DNA from: Parasitella parasitica NRRL 2501
Taxonomy: Eukaryota > Fungi > Mucoromycota
NCBI GenBank assembly: GCA_025201805.1
Contig: MU619255.1
Coordinates: 252,495 to 316,494, forward strand
DNA: 64,000 bases
Direction of reading: 5' to 3'
This document shows, piece after piece, positions 50,155-64,000 of the stretch; position 1 is the stretch's first letter; each line of letters begins with the position of its first letter. Both the position numbers and the translations under genes were made by a program. The notes under the pieces were generated by a model, which searched no databases, was not told the origin of the DNA, and saw only the letters and a program-made list of their open reading frames with translations.

Positions 50155-53100
50155 CTACCGTACATTCAGTTTAAAAATTGTAAATAACATTAGAGATCCT
50201 TATTTATGTGATGCCAAAAGCACTTGTACTTATACCTACATCATCTAAAAGTCAATAAACCGAACAATTTAGACTTGCGTATTATACAATAATATTACGT
50301 TCCATAGATTTTGTTTTTGATCGCTTCAAACAGACAGTCTGAAAGTCAAGGAAAAAAGTTCATTACCTTTATGGCTAAAAATTAAATGTTACTAGTAGTA
50401 ACTGTACCATTTGATAGAGTGCCCAAGTTTTGCATACGAGGAAAACTTTTTAATTATTATCCAAGTCAATTATAGATCTTAAAAGGCGTGCAAAAGTTAT
50501 CAGTAACATTTCAATAACACATTTTGGTGACTACACCACAAAAAAATAACCATTAAAACAGGTTTCTTCTTGAATGTAAGAGTTTTCTTATTTTAAATAG
50601 TGTCTAAGATAATAAGTTATATGTATACCTAAAAGCTTTAAATTTTCCAAAGATTATGAAAATTTTTGGCTTTTTGACCCCTTTGTATCCTAGTGCTAAT
50701 AAATGATCATTCCTATTTTTACAATATATCTTTGGCGTTCTGCCTTTGTTTCAAATGCTATGAAAAAGGATAAACGAGTAAAGAGAACCTAAATTCCTTT
50801 ATAGGTGGAAGGAATGAGAGTAGATCTAAAAGCCTAAAGTGATATAAATTTACTGTTACTTATTTCAAGCTTTCGTTATATAGCATGAATTTTATAGTAT
50901 TGACGGGTCGCTAACTTGTGTTACTCTTTTATGCCCATTCAATCACCATATAAATACACAAATGTTAATCTTGTCTGCATAACACACTATACCTTTTGTA
51001 TTACATATTTTTCTTTCATTCAGATTTTTGGGATAAGATCTAGTATTGATACATTAACATTGAAATGTCGTCTTTCCAAAATAAACGTTAACATGTTGTC
51101 ATAAAAACGATAAATTGTATTTCATCATTTATAAGAATAGGTCATCATTGAACAAATATTCTGTAGAAAAAGGTTCCAGGAAAGCACACAGCCATATTTC
51201 GATAATAGTTGTTGGTGCTTGGTTAGGAAAAGTGAAAACATGATATTAAATTAGAATAATGAGAATTAAGTATACTATTGTTAATGAGTTCAAGGCAAGG
51301 TCATTGATCATGAGCGAATTGCTTATACTCGTAAAATGTCTGTTTCTCTGTAGATAGTTTTCATATGTATTCAAGATGTACGTAAGTTGGGTAAATTGAT
51401 AAGTATATAGTACTGCGTTCTATTAATTTTAAATCGAAGCCCTGCAAAAAGAAGATTCATTTATGATTAAACTTTTTAATAGTTTTAAACCACACAAACA
51501 CACACACACTCGGATGAAAACTATTAGCCAAATAATAAACTCAGTTCTAATCACGTAGTGAGCTGTTTGATGTTGGTACACTTCTAGTTGGCGTATTAAT
51601 CCTATAATTTTTTAATGTGTTATCTTACATCTCTCGTACTTCATTCGAACGAACTATCTAACAAAATACCAAGCCTGTTTAAACTTCCGTTTCTTTTGGA
51701 AGCCTAAGTTTGAATATTATATATATGGTAGGCATGCGCGCCTTATATGTATAGGGTCGTGATTTATTGCAATAAAAAGAAATTCTCTTTTCTCCAAGGA
51801 GCCATATATATTCTATTGATGACTTACATGGAAAAGCAGGATTAAAGGAAATACAATTACAATAAACATAAACATGTAACAGTGAGCACATGGTTCAGTA
51901 TTTTTAGCATTCGTCAAGGCAGCGTATGCAGCGTAAATGATGACTAAGGCATATTATCGTCGTCAATATCAGAGTCTGCCAATTTGATCTGATCCCTTGT
52001 TAATTAAATGATGTGATTCATAATATTTGTTGCTACACCAAAATGCACAGACAATTCTAATCTTTTCTGTTGAACAAAACGTATGATTTAGTTTTCGATA
52101 GGACCAAGCTTTTCAAGTAAAATGCTTATTTAATTGGTGCCCTAGTCTCTATGAAAAGGGGCGATCTCTTTATTTTTGACATCTTCTTTAAATGGCAATG
52201 CTAAAATATTGCCCCGGATATGTTTCTTTGGTCGTGATAGGCTAGATTTCGGAAATGGGACTACAATGGAAAATGCTTTATAGAAATATTTAAATCTAAA
52301 ACTTATTTTTGAAAAAGTATTCGAACGAGACCATTTTACAGAACAATAACAACATAATACCACTCCACATATCCATTTTGCAAAAAGAAAAACTTAAAAT
52401 AGACATCCAACATAAATGGAAGCGAGGCCTCGAACCCTTTTTACATTTGCACATCTCAGTTCGGAGATCCTTGTATTCTTGGATATTACACAAAATGATG
52501 GATGCGGAAATCATGTCCGGCCGTTTTTGGTCGAGTGTAACTATATATGCTATTATCGCATTAATACCGAAAAGGGGCTGACAATAATTAAATGCATGAC
52601 AAACAAGAGAAACTTTCCATATGTTTGAGAAGTTAGCTATTGTATCACTTTTTTTTCCAAAATGACAAAGATTCTTTTCTACATGTATGTATCCCTGAAA
52701 AAAGGGTTCTTTTTTGGCATATTGCCAAGTTTTATGTTTCGCAATTATAAGGAAACTTTTTTTTTCGATTACTGTTTCTTCTATTACGTCAGGAGCGGGT
52801 TAAATCAGACACCCCTCTTTCTTGTATTATATATCTTTTGTTTGTGCCTTATATTAAGCACAGTGGTATCAATTTAGCATACCCGCCAAACAATTGAATG
52901 AAGGCCTGCCAAGATTTTGTTGTATCCGTAGTCGTTGGTCAAGTTAGAGCGGAAGCGATAGCCATTTTTGGAAGCGGACTTACATAATTACCTAATGATC
53001 TAACCCAAAAAAGAAAAATACAACCGGAAGTTAAAATAAAATCATTATGCGTAGTTTTAATTCATACAATGACAGCTCCGGTAATTCGAATATTCAGAAA

Positions 53101-53169
53101 AAAAAAATAGTTTAAATAGGCCAATTTTCTTTTTTTTTTCTACATTTTTTTACTTTAACAACTTTTCAG

Positions 53170-54736
53170 ATGTTTTATAATAATCCTTCTATTTCACCAC
53201 CTACAAACAATATGAATCAATTCTCATCTCTAATGGAAGAAGATAGTAATATGAATCTTTTACTTAGTCCATTCGAACCTGATCATATCCAGTTGGGATA
53301 TGCTCATGGTTCCAGCCCTACTCAACCAGAACATATTCAGTTAGGATATGCTCATGATTCCAGCCCTACTCAACCAGATCATATTCAGTTGGGGTATGCT
53401 CATGATTCCAGCCCAACTCAACCTATGATTATTTCAAACCAGAATGGCAATACTGATTTATATGCCAACTCTGAATCGTCTCCCATTGCTATGCCCAACA
53501 CAATGTCCAAGTTTAATGCTGCGACATCCTCATCATCGCCTCAGTTTGATATGGTAATTATTAATCCGTTATCAAGAAAAAAAAAAAAGGATGAAATGTT
53601 AATACAATATTGTATCCAGTTGAATAATTTTGCAAATGAGTGTATTTCTCGTTCTCCAGAATCTTCTTCTTCTGCCGACTCCAATTTGGTTTCACCTCCG
53701 CATCAATATTACCCCACTTCAGCAAGCTACCAAGATTTCGTTTGGCCAGAAACAAATGTTAACAATGCCCCTTATAATCCCACAATTCAAGGGCCATTTC
53801 AACACAATTACCATCACAACCATCACCATTCTGGGTTGAAGAGATCGGCTTCTGTGCCACCTCATTTCCAAAAATTCAAACCCCAAATTCAAGATGGTAT
53901 GTACAACCAATTTCAGGTAACACAGATGCAAAAACAATTGCAACATAATCATCAGCATATTCCAATGGCTTCCAAACCATTGCCTATCCAGATCCAGAGA
54001 GTCAATACACTGAGCACAATTACAGTAAAGCCAGCAGATCCCGAGTCTCATCGTCGCCAGTTGGATGAAAAGTTGGAAAAAGTGAATTTTGATGACATTA
54101 CCGTAGCTGAGCTCAAGGAAATGTTGAGAGATCGTGGCCTCTCTGCTACTGGCCGTAAAGCTGAACTGATGAATCGCCTGAAAGAGGAGTACGAATTACT
54201 CATGAGAAGAGGTGGTGCTGCTGCCGTTGCTGCTTCTGGTATTCCAGCAACTTGTTCTCGTGCACTCTCGGCATCTCCACTTATTCAACGCCGAATGGCT
54301 AATATAAACCTTGGTGATTCTCCCAAAAGACAACAGCAAAATCGTTTGTATGCTCCTTACTCTCCTCCTGTGCGCCATTCTTCAAATTCAATTGCTCAAT
54401 TGGGTAATCATCGTCTTGCTTCCTCTGTACCAGAGTCGCTGACACAATCATATTTGAATGATCAATTCATGATGAGAAAACCCTCGGCATTACGCAAAAG
54501 TATTGACGAAGAGAACCAAGAAAGACGTAAAGTATTTGTAATTGATTTTTAAAGATTATCATATTCATTATTTTTTTTTTTTTTTTAAAAAAAAAATAGA
54601 ATGGATTCAATCTCTAAGCTCTTCCTCTCCTTCCCAAGGTTTTTATCCTTCTGTGCCCAAGATCGATGAATCTGCTAATATGTTGTCTGAAGTTTGGGAT
54701 GATCAAACACTTCAAACTTTCCTTAGCCAGATCTAA
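53170..54736 (+). CDS. SAP-domain protein
   Basis: FDDITVAELKEMLRDRGLSATGRKAELMNRLKE; probable introns 53554-53619 and 54527-54599. Confidence 0.85.
53278..53421 (+). repeat. 48-bp x3 coding tandem repeat
   Basis: P[DE]HIQLGYAH[GD]SSPTQ three times. Confidence 0.95.
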
Positions 54737-55294
54737 ATCCGTATTTTAATACTTGTAACTATAGAAAACAACACACTCCATCAACAACAACAACGCATAT
54801 GTAAATAACTAGCAATCCGCCTTTGTTCTATTTAACTTATAACCTATCACATACTTTTCTACTTTTTTTTTTTAAAACTATAAAATGTCTTTTCATAAAC
54901 CATGTAGTCATTTTAATCCATTTGGAATCTTCTGTCCATTTCATAAAAAGAAATCGTGATATAAAAACGTCATCTTGACCCTATATTGGAATTATAGTAC
55001 AGTATCTTGATAAAGAGTTTGTAACAAAATGACGAAATATAGAAACTTTAATATTAACACATTTTTGACAACAACTGAGACATGGTGTAAAGAATTAAGA
55101 CCGTGCCTCCGTACGTAATAGGAGCGCCACTCAACGTATGCCATGTTCAAATACGTTATCGGCACACTGATAACCACTATATTCTTTTTGCCTGCTCATA
55201 AAACCAATACGATAAAGTTTCCTAATGTTCGAAAGATTGTTTATTTTTATTGTAAATTCAAAGATATTTTATGTACAAAAAAGTGGTATGTTGT

Positions 55295-57483
55295 TTACGC
55301 CACAGGATACGTCTTGTATTCATTAACAACGAATATTGTTACAACCGTAGACATTACTATCATACAAACATGCAATTAGTATCGGTGTGGTACATGGTCT
55401 TTGTAATGTTATCTAAATTTACCCAACCATAAATCCCATTTATCTCTCATGAAGCTTCTAAAGTTAACAACTTTCTGTTCCTCCGTTTCATCAATTAAAT
55501 AAGTGTTTACAATACTACTCCTCATTCCAATAGCTATGCATACATAAAGTATTGTGCGTGAGTTTGGGAGAATTAAAAGTTGTTTCATGATCGATACATA
55601 CATAAATAATTGGAGTTTTGATTACTCCAAAACATAGCTGCTCCAATAGGCTATAATAGGCGTATTTAATAGTTGAGTACAGCACGTCTAATTGAAACGA
55701 ACATAAAAGAAACTTACTGCAATAGTGCCAATTTGGCCTTCAACTGGCGTGATCACCATCCTCAAAATCCACTCTAAAGGCTTTTCCAAGTGATGGGGGC
55801 TTCCATTCAGAGGCTTTGAGTCGAAAACACTTCCCACATCAGCCCAGGATTTTTGGAGCTGATCCCCTGAACCACGCTTATAAAGATAAACGGAATTGGC
55901 TTTTGTCCATACAGCTAATAACGTCCCATTTGCATTCAATTGCACACCGCGAATATCAGTGGCGTCAAAAGCTGTGTCACTAGGCTCAACTGAATCAGGT
56001 ACCTGCATGGCGTGATAAAACTCATGCAAATAGGCCCCATCACTTGTTTTGTACAGATATTTTTGCTCGTTTTCGTTATTCATCAATGCGCTGATATTAT
56101 CTGTAAAGTCTAATGTTTGAAAATCATTTCGAATGAGAGAAACAACCATAGTTTTGGAGTCTTTCGATCGAGAAATGGAGGGAATCGGCATGTTGACCAG
56201 AGTGCGTTCATGATGAAAATGGGCTCCATCAACAAATGCCATGTATTCCAAATTTTCGTCTATAAATGTGGAATCCTGTCGAATAAATAAGGTTAATATT
56301 ATCGTGGGCCATTTCCAGCTATTTCTACTTGCTTTTGTGTTGAGATGATCCCTGAAAATCCATTTGCCCTTCTTTGTGCTTTTATCAGTTGATCTGAGGA
56401 CTGTACCATCTGATATTGTAACATTTGTGTGAAATAGATTCTTTGTTTTATGGATGTCCAGTGTGAATACACGATATGTTTCAATGCTTAAACACAAGAA
56501 TGTCAATTTTTGAAATTTTTGTACTCTGATCGCTCTACTTACTTTGGAGAGTACAATTTGCATAGTAAATTAACATGGGATTCAGTCCCTCCTGGCTGAT
56601 GATAGGCTCTGATAAGGTCTCCTGTTTGTCCTGCTGTTACAGTAATGGTCTTTGAATTCTTTGAGTGAGGAGACGACAAGAAGTTGTCAGGTAATGCAAT
56701 GATTCTAAATCTATACAAATCGGGATCGCTGTATTATAACATCTCAATGTCAACAACAAAATAAACGTAAAGATGAATGCTAAACACCTACCGAGCAAAT
56801 AATATAGAGTCTTTCTCTAATGAAATTGCGTTGATCATTGTATTTCCAGGCATTAGTATATCCTTGTACTCGAAAGGCGTTGTTGCGTTATCGTCTGCTA
56901 AATAATAAACTCGCACAAAATGCTGGATATTGTCGCTCTCTAGTAGATGATATAATACGGCAAACTGAACAGCTCCACTGTCTTCAGGACTCTTTGATAC
57001 TTTTGTGATTGGGCCGAGAAGCAGATGATTAAAGCATGTTTCCCAATCTACGATGAATTGAAATGCGTTTGATAATGCATGAATAATGTATTAAATGCTA
57101 TTCTCACCTTCAGGACCCTCTTTCAAAATGTCGCTTTTCCTCTTCCTTGCTTGAATAACAAGTCCTACATCATCTAGTAAATCCACTACTCACTGTTCAA
57201 TCATTCTGCTAGACTTTTTACCATTGACATTGGTTTTGACGGAATTTACACCATGAACAAAGCCTCTGTTGCCATCCAAGACTGCTTCATAGTGGATATG
57301 TGTTCTATAGATATATTCATCGTGTTCTGAAAGAATAACTTGCGATGGCTCGTTCAATCTTGAGTGTGTAGGAACGAATGCTTGTACAATCACAGGATGA
57401 GGGTATGGAGTGTCTTGCAGCAGACTCACCAGATAAATCATGGCAAGTCCAGCTATCAACAATACCAAGACACGCCACTTCAT
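55295..57483 (-). CDS. Hypothetical membrane protein with beta-rich central domain
   Basis: N-terminal anchor WRVLVLLIAGLAMIYLV; WD-like strand GVQLNANGTLLAVWT; C-terminal TM WLVMSTVVTIFVV; multi-exon; 3' end inferred. Confidence 0.7.
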
Positions 57484-57692
57484 TTTTATATAAAAGAAAG
57501 GGCTTATGGCGGATACAGCGCCCGAATTGACGAAGGCACATTTGTTAATTTTGCTAATAAAATCATCCCCGCCCTTTTTTGTGTGCTCTCCTCTTCTTTC
57601 CCTCCCTCTTCCCCTTCCCCTTCCCCTTCCCTTTTCCTTTTTATTTTCATATATAAGTACATACCACTAAACTTGTTGGTCTTTCAAATTAA

Positions 57693-59499
57693 ATGTCTTG
57701 TAACTTTCCGCATGATCTCGAACCTTGTCTAGCTCGTCTTGGAACAACGCCAGAAGGTAAAGGTTTATAGTGTATTGAGTAGAAAACCTTGATGGTAACC
57801 AAGCAGAGATGAATAGACAAGCCCGCTTTTATCAAAGAGGTGTATGCAGTAGACGATCTGGAAACACTAAGGCAAATCCTCATAAGAAAAGAAAGAGAAA
57901 GACAAAGCATTGCCAATGATTTAGAAGTAGCAGCCAGAATTGGCCTTGTCATATCAGAGACAAACGAAGCCATTCAAATCAAGGTACAATCAAATATAGC
58001 TAGTTAGTATAGTAACAATTGCTGATACCATTGTTAGCTCGAACATCTAGAAAGAGAAAACAAAATATTTCAAGATGAATTACGATTACGAGCAAACAAC
58101 ACAAAAAAAGACATGAATTCTGCAAGTGTGCCTAATGAAGGCCTACTTTTATCAGAGGAAGAAGAAAAAATTTACCTTACGCAAGAACTAGATCAGGCGC
58201 GAAGGGAATTGACAAAATTTAGAAAAGAAATGGACGGCTTATCTGCCCAGTTGAATGATATGGCTTCAGAAATGGTTGATTCTCGTTCAAAAGTCAGTGT
58301 TTATGCGAAAAGACTAGCAGAAGTTGAGCAGAAATTAGCGGCAACCAGAGATGTGAATACAAACCTGCAAGCTCTGCTAGATAAAGCATTGACTTCGCAA
58401 AAACAATCAAGTTCAAATACCTCGCATCTTGTCAAGAACATTCAAATGGATTTATCAAGAGTAGGTTACATCAACTTGTATCGCTTTTCACCAACATCTA
58501 ATACCATCAATATCAGGTTGTCTCTGAAAACGAGCAGTTGAGAGCACGTATTGCCGAACTGGAAAACCAGCAGGTTGAATGCGAGGAAAAATTGGCTGCC
58601 ATGGTTATTCAGGCACAAGAATATGCAGCCAGATTGGAGCAAGCTCAAGACACAATCCACAGTCTGAGTGAGCCCAAACTACCCGACGATGATGATTACC
58701 CTAGTATAAATCAACACAGTGGATTCAATTCATTTTCTGTCTCATCGCAAGACGGCACAAAGGAAACAGAGATCACCAAGGCATGTTTGCTTTTATAAAA
58801 CGACTATTTCGATTTCATGTAACAAAGTATTGTGTGTGTATATAGGGCCCTGTATTCTCTGCTGAATTCAGGCAAGAAATGCAAAAAGAAATCGAGCGCA
58901 ATCTGAACCTAAGGAACGAAATCCGTCATCGCATCATTACAGCCGACTCCAACAATACAGATAAAAAGAAGTCTCAAGAAGGATTGAGGTACCTCGTATC
59001 AGAAAGAGAGAATGCTGGATTAGCTAGTCTTTCTACCAGCACTAGTTCGTCCACTAATTCGTCCATTTTGTCTACTGTCATGAAGAAGGAAATGATACAT
59101 ACAACAGCAATAGCAGTAACAAACACAACATCTAATTTAAATCAGCATGCGTCCAACGCCATTCATACCAATCTTACATATACTACATCTAATAACAATA
59201 ACCATAGCCACCACCAAACATCACAGCCACAATCACTGGCACCACCATCATCATCGACAGCCGCTGAAGAAGAAACAAAAGCACCTTTGCTGAGACCAGC
59301 AAGCTTTTTAACTGGATTTACTGGGTTTGGCGCAGAAACAGGATTAGGTATTGGCGGTAATTTCATCACAAGAGGTATACCGCCAAGAGCACTGTCTGCT
59401 TCTCGCGGAGATGGACCAAGCATATCAACACGGTTCTTCCAAAGACTAGCCTCGAGACTAGATGATTATGACAAAAAGGTTTCTTCGATAAGCAAATAA
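57693..59499 (+). CDS. Coiled-coil protein with CC1-box-like motif
   Basis: Five exons; DLEVAARIGLVISETN followed by long heptad coiled coil and a disordered C-terminus. Confidence 0.8.
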
Positions 59500-60099
59500 A
59501 TTGTCATGTTTTTCAGCACATTGTTGCACAGCGTCATTTTTTTCTTTTCGCATTGAGATCAGCCCCGACCTCATTTACTTTGCTTGACGAGAGAACACTG
59601 CATAAATTGGTAGCCATATATGCAAGTGAAAAACAAGCTTATATGAATTCAGTCAAGTAGCAACCTTTGCCATATTATTTGTAGGGTATCTGAGCACTTT
59701 TATAGCTGTTTTAGTGAGTTAATGTATAACCAGCTTCTCAGGACAATCAGTGGAATCGAATCCTGCATATTTTTTTTTTTTTTTTTTTTTTTNNNNNNNN
59801 NNTCAGAAATGCTTTATTGAGGCAGCTGGGAGTAGTAAACCCCAATTTTTATCTGATACACGGCCTGTATGCGCAATCATCGACTGAATGTATGTATGTA
59901 TATGATACTCCTATTTCGATTTATACATAATGCTTTGCAAACAGGTAAATTTATCTATTTATGATTGGCTCACATCCCTCAATAACTCATAACACAATCT
60001 ATTTTCAACCCAAAGGACAATGAAAATCTAATAGAGAAGTATTTATAAAAATTTTCCTTTTTTTCTCTCTCACATTTTTCTACCCTTAGCAACAAGAAT

Positions 60100-62900
60100 A
60101 TGACGAGTCTCGCTGAAGACTTGGAGTCTGATTCTTCCGAGGAAGAGTGGATTACCAGCAACGTCAATGAATCAAAGCAAAAACTGAAGCAAAATCACCA
60201 ACTTCAACAAAAGGTTACAGCCTCCAGCAATTACAGCAGGGGCAGACCCGCTTTGTCCGCCGCTTCACTTCGCATGGCAAAAGCTTATTTACCCTCTCCA
60301 TCCCCTATCTCTCTATTTAAGCCTCCAGCCGCCGTTGCCACCGTCGCCATTAATAAAACAAAACCACCTCAAATACCACCAGTTCAGAGCAAAACAAATG
60401 ACACGTCGCCTGCTGTAGCACTAGCAGCAGCAACACCATCATCCACGCACATTTCTAACGCGGAATTGGTTGAAATATGTACCAGCATGAATGCTTATTT
60501 GCTGATTACCCGGCTTGTCAATGTATACAAGAACGTCGAAATTTACATTCGCATCCGTGAGATCGAAACTGGTTCTGTGATAGAGTCGAGGCTCAAAGAT
60601 TGCTTGCATTATTGTGACAATCCCTGTGATTTTATACTCGTAAATGACTTGAATCTCATGTCCTATGTTTCTTATTAGAGATGTAAACTAACCATTTGAA
60701 TATCTAGAATACTCTGATCGCACTATCCAATTATTTTGCTGACAATTCAAAGAACAAGGATTTGACAAGTAAATTTCGTAGATTACTGGCAAACAATCTC
60801 TGTAGTGCGCTTGCAAAGTTTTTAGAAACGCCTCTGGATAAGCAAATCGAACATAGCAAACTGAAATTACGGCACCAGGAGCAACAACAACAAATAAACG
60901 AATCAGCTCAGGAAGTAGATTTGATTACATTTGATGAAGAAAATGATGGAAAACAAAACGACGATGTGGACCTTATATCATTTGACGAGGTCAACCAAGA
61001 TAATATATCTGGGAACCAACCCAAAGATACCATCGTGGAAAATAGTGAACAGTGTGATGATGACTATGCAGATTATGAGGAAGACGATGGCGATGACGAC
61101 GAAGAGCATATTGTGACATTGGCAGAACTGCTCGGTATTCCTGCTTCCGTTTTGGATCAATATACTTTGACGCGTGAACATCAGTTGAAACTTGTCCAAA
61201 TGATTGATACCATACCTTCACCCGTGAATGTTTATTACGCTATGGACGTCTTCAAACTGTCTCAGCTGATCGGGTTTGGCCGTGAATTAGAGAATGACGG
61301 TATAAAGCTATGTCGTTCATTGATGAAGCATGGGTATTATGATGAAGCTGTTGCCAGCATTCGTAAGCTTGAATTACTGCCTCGATTCCCCCCAGACTCA
61401 ATCGTTGATTATTTCTTCACTGCTGGCCATGGCATGTACCTCCCAACACTTTACTCGGGTTACCCTGATTTTCAAAAGCAATTGTTATCCTTTATCAATA
61501 AGCAACTTCGATTTAATTATGCTGGCAATCTAGGCGTAGTACCCCAAAAGTACTTGAAGGATCTATTTGATGGCACTGATAAGACACAGCAGCTATCGAG
61601 ATTGAAAGAACGTAAGTTTCAGAAAGACCTGGTCAGTTGTGGCGCAAAGATCATGAAGGAATTGGATATCGTTTCAGGCGATGACTACTACTTTATTTTG
61701 CTCTCACAACGCTATGCTTGTTTGCGTTATATTCTTGCTCAAAGGGCCATTCAACAACTGGAAGATAATGACACCTCCATCGATGCCAGTTCAAACTTCA
61801 ATGGTCTAATTGATCTAGTTTGCGAAGACGATCCTGTCTTGGCCCGATTAGCTATCAAAGAACTGATTGATACGTGCGATGTTGTTGCTCCACCTTATTT
61901 TGCCTCATTGTACAAACAGCAGGAGTTTTACTGTCGTTACAACGCTTTACCACTGAACCAACGTTTATTAGGTGTTGTCAAAGGAGAACAACTATCGCGT
62001 CATCGTACAACATTCTCTCGTAAAAAACCTGTAAAGACGCAGCCCGAGAACTTTTACAGATTATCACCATATATCAAATGCGTTTTGGTGGATTCCGAAG
62101 TAACCCTAATGCAAATGAAAGCAATTCTTTCGTCATCAACTATCTGTGGATTAGATACGGAATGGGTTCCTACGTTTGCTAAAACTGGATTCGTAAAGAC
62201 TGCACTCATGCAAATTGCATCAGATATAGATGGATATGTGTTCCTGTTGGATTTAAAGGCGATTTTTGAACCTCAAAATGCTCATTTGTATCAATTAACC
62301 GAAAATATTCTCAAATCGTTGTTCCATAATGAAAATATTGTCAAATTAGGTAATTGAACAGAACAATCTCACCAGCACACGAGACTAACGATACAAATTT
62401 ATGTAGCATTTGATTTTTCGGGTGACCTAGATTTATTGCATATTTCTATGCCTTCGTCCAAAGAGTGGAAGATACAAAATCTTATCGACATGAAAAATAT
62501 CACCTCGCCTGATGGCAAAGCTATTATAGGTGGCCTTGCTGGTGTAGTCAATACGTTTCTTAACGTTGCATTAAACAAACGTCAGCAGCTCAGTAATTGG
62601 GAAAAGCGACCGCTGACCGAAGAACAAGCCGCCTACGGCGCATGTGATGCGTGCTGTTTACTCGATGTTTATTATGTTTTATGTCAACGAAAACACCCGT
62701 TTGTAAAAGATTTGCCAAGATCTTCTTACCTTAACAACTCACAAGAAAGTTTGTCGCCAAGCTCTTTGACCATCAACAGTAACTCGATGTCTTTCTATCA
62801 ATCGCCACAATCACCACCACCTTTATCTTCATTTTCACCTTCGCCCTCTTTATTATCATCATCACCTCAGAAACAACATCGTCGTTCACCTCCTTTTTGA
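60100..62900 (+). CDS. EXD3/Mut-7/Nibbler-like DEDDy 3'-5' exonuclease
   Basis: ExoI GLDTEW, ALMQIA, ExoII FSGDLDLL, LNKRQQLSNWEKRPLTEEQAAYGACDA (ExoIII); long helical N-terminus; introns 60640-60707 and 62350-62407. Confidence 0.88.
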
Positions 62901-64000
62901 TTATTATTCCAGCATCTGCCTCTCTTAACTTATACATATATCTTTTTTTATTATCAGAATAAATAACAAACTATTCGCAAGTAGTGGATTTTTTTACTAA
63001 GCGGTTTGTAGAATCACATTTGCGATGTAGAATGTACAATAATAGAAGGATTATGCAAGAATCGAGTATGATTTAAACAGATGATGATTAATCCGAATGC
63101 TTGAATCGTTCATGACTCACCATATGCCACCAATTATAGAGAAAAAATGCTAGTTTGCTCAAATATTTCCCCGTAATTTATAGAAATATGCATTTTTTCA
63201 GGGTTTAATATATCATATTCAGGCTTTTCGTTCACTACTGTTTCTTCGTCTTCGGTTTCCATATTAAGAAGTGGCTCATTATGTGTTCAATTATAGCTTA
63301 TAAGGAATAATTAAGGTCAAGTAGATTTACTGTACAGGAAGATCAAGATCTATTTGTATTCGTACAATGATTTTCTAAGCCATACTTATAGAGTGGTTAC
63401 TGCGCATTACACATATATAGCGGGGCATCAGAATTCTTCTATACAAAATATTTATTATTATTGTTAAATCGAATACTGGAAGCTTTGATGGTTTAATTGC
63501 TATCCACAGATTTCTAAAGATCAGGCTTGGAAGCGCAGTACCTGTAGGAATTGGCAATAAAGATATATATATATATATGGATAAAAATGTTGTAGCCAGA
63601 TAGCGTCCATGATAAACAATTTCTTTACCTTGCTAATTAATATCGGTGTTTAGTTGATAATCTCTCATTTTGATCAACCAGCCACTATTGCCATAGCAGC
63701 GGCGTTGTATGTTGTTATTACGGAATGAATATCTTTTGACTGTGGGTGGAAGAATAGAAAAGTTTAGTATTAGGGGTATTCAAGTAGCAAAATGTGAAAA
63801 ATTTCAAATGAGTAATGTCCCTAAAATCAGTGTTTCTGACTTTACTGATACCCATAATAAAATGGACAATAACCATACATCGGATATTTTATGGCCATCT
63901 TTCTATTCCTAGTACAGTTGACGAAACTAGGTTGGGCCAATGAAAATAAATTTTGGTCATTTCCAAATTGAGTTGGGACACGATTACAAAAATGGGTCAC

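Noticed and set aside
50570-50690. Similarity to the interior of the inverted-repeat element (GGGGTCAAAAAGC)
   Set aside because: Only a 13-mer plus weak AT-rich matches, not colinear.
53278-53421. CRISPR-like array
   Set aside because: Contiguous in-frame coding repeats with no unique spacers, in a eukaryotic gene.

Overview
Eukaryotic, AT-rich, intron-dense fungal DNA (short ~50-70 nt introns; gene and transposon repertoire suggest a Mucorales fungus, which is an inference). The window holds about 21 protein-coding loci. Recognisable ones: CSC1/OSCA channel, Aha1, GSKIP-domain protein, alpha-arrestin, a defensin-like peptide, UreD, succinyl-CoA ligase alpha, RPL13, Nab2/ZC3H14, ADP/ATP carrier, glucosamine-6-P deaminase, MARCH5-like RING-CH ligase, Fip1, a divergent CRM1, a SAP-domain protein, a CC1-box coiled-coil protein and an EXD3/Mut-7-like exonuclease; the rest are hypothetical. 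It also contains a bZIP pseudogene, two tRNAs (Leu-CAG, Glu-CTC) and four mobile-element relics (gypsy gag-protease, long-inverted-repeat element, Crypton-type tyrosine recombinase, Tc1/mariner). There is no CRISPR array, prokaryotic island or obvious biosynthetic cluster, and I see no multi-gene novel system. The best leads are single unusual genes: a tail-anchored Aha1, a CRM1 paralogue with a rebuilt NES groove, a TRAK/BICD-like CC1-box adaptor candidate, and an anionic 7-Cys CS-alpha-beta peptide. Exon boundaries were inferred by eye and family calls come from motif recall, not database searches. Short N-gaps lie near 8753, 10579, 33398 and 59793.
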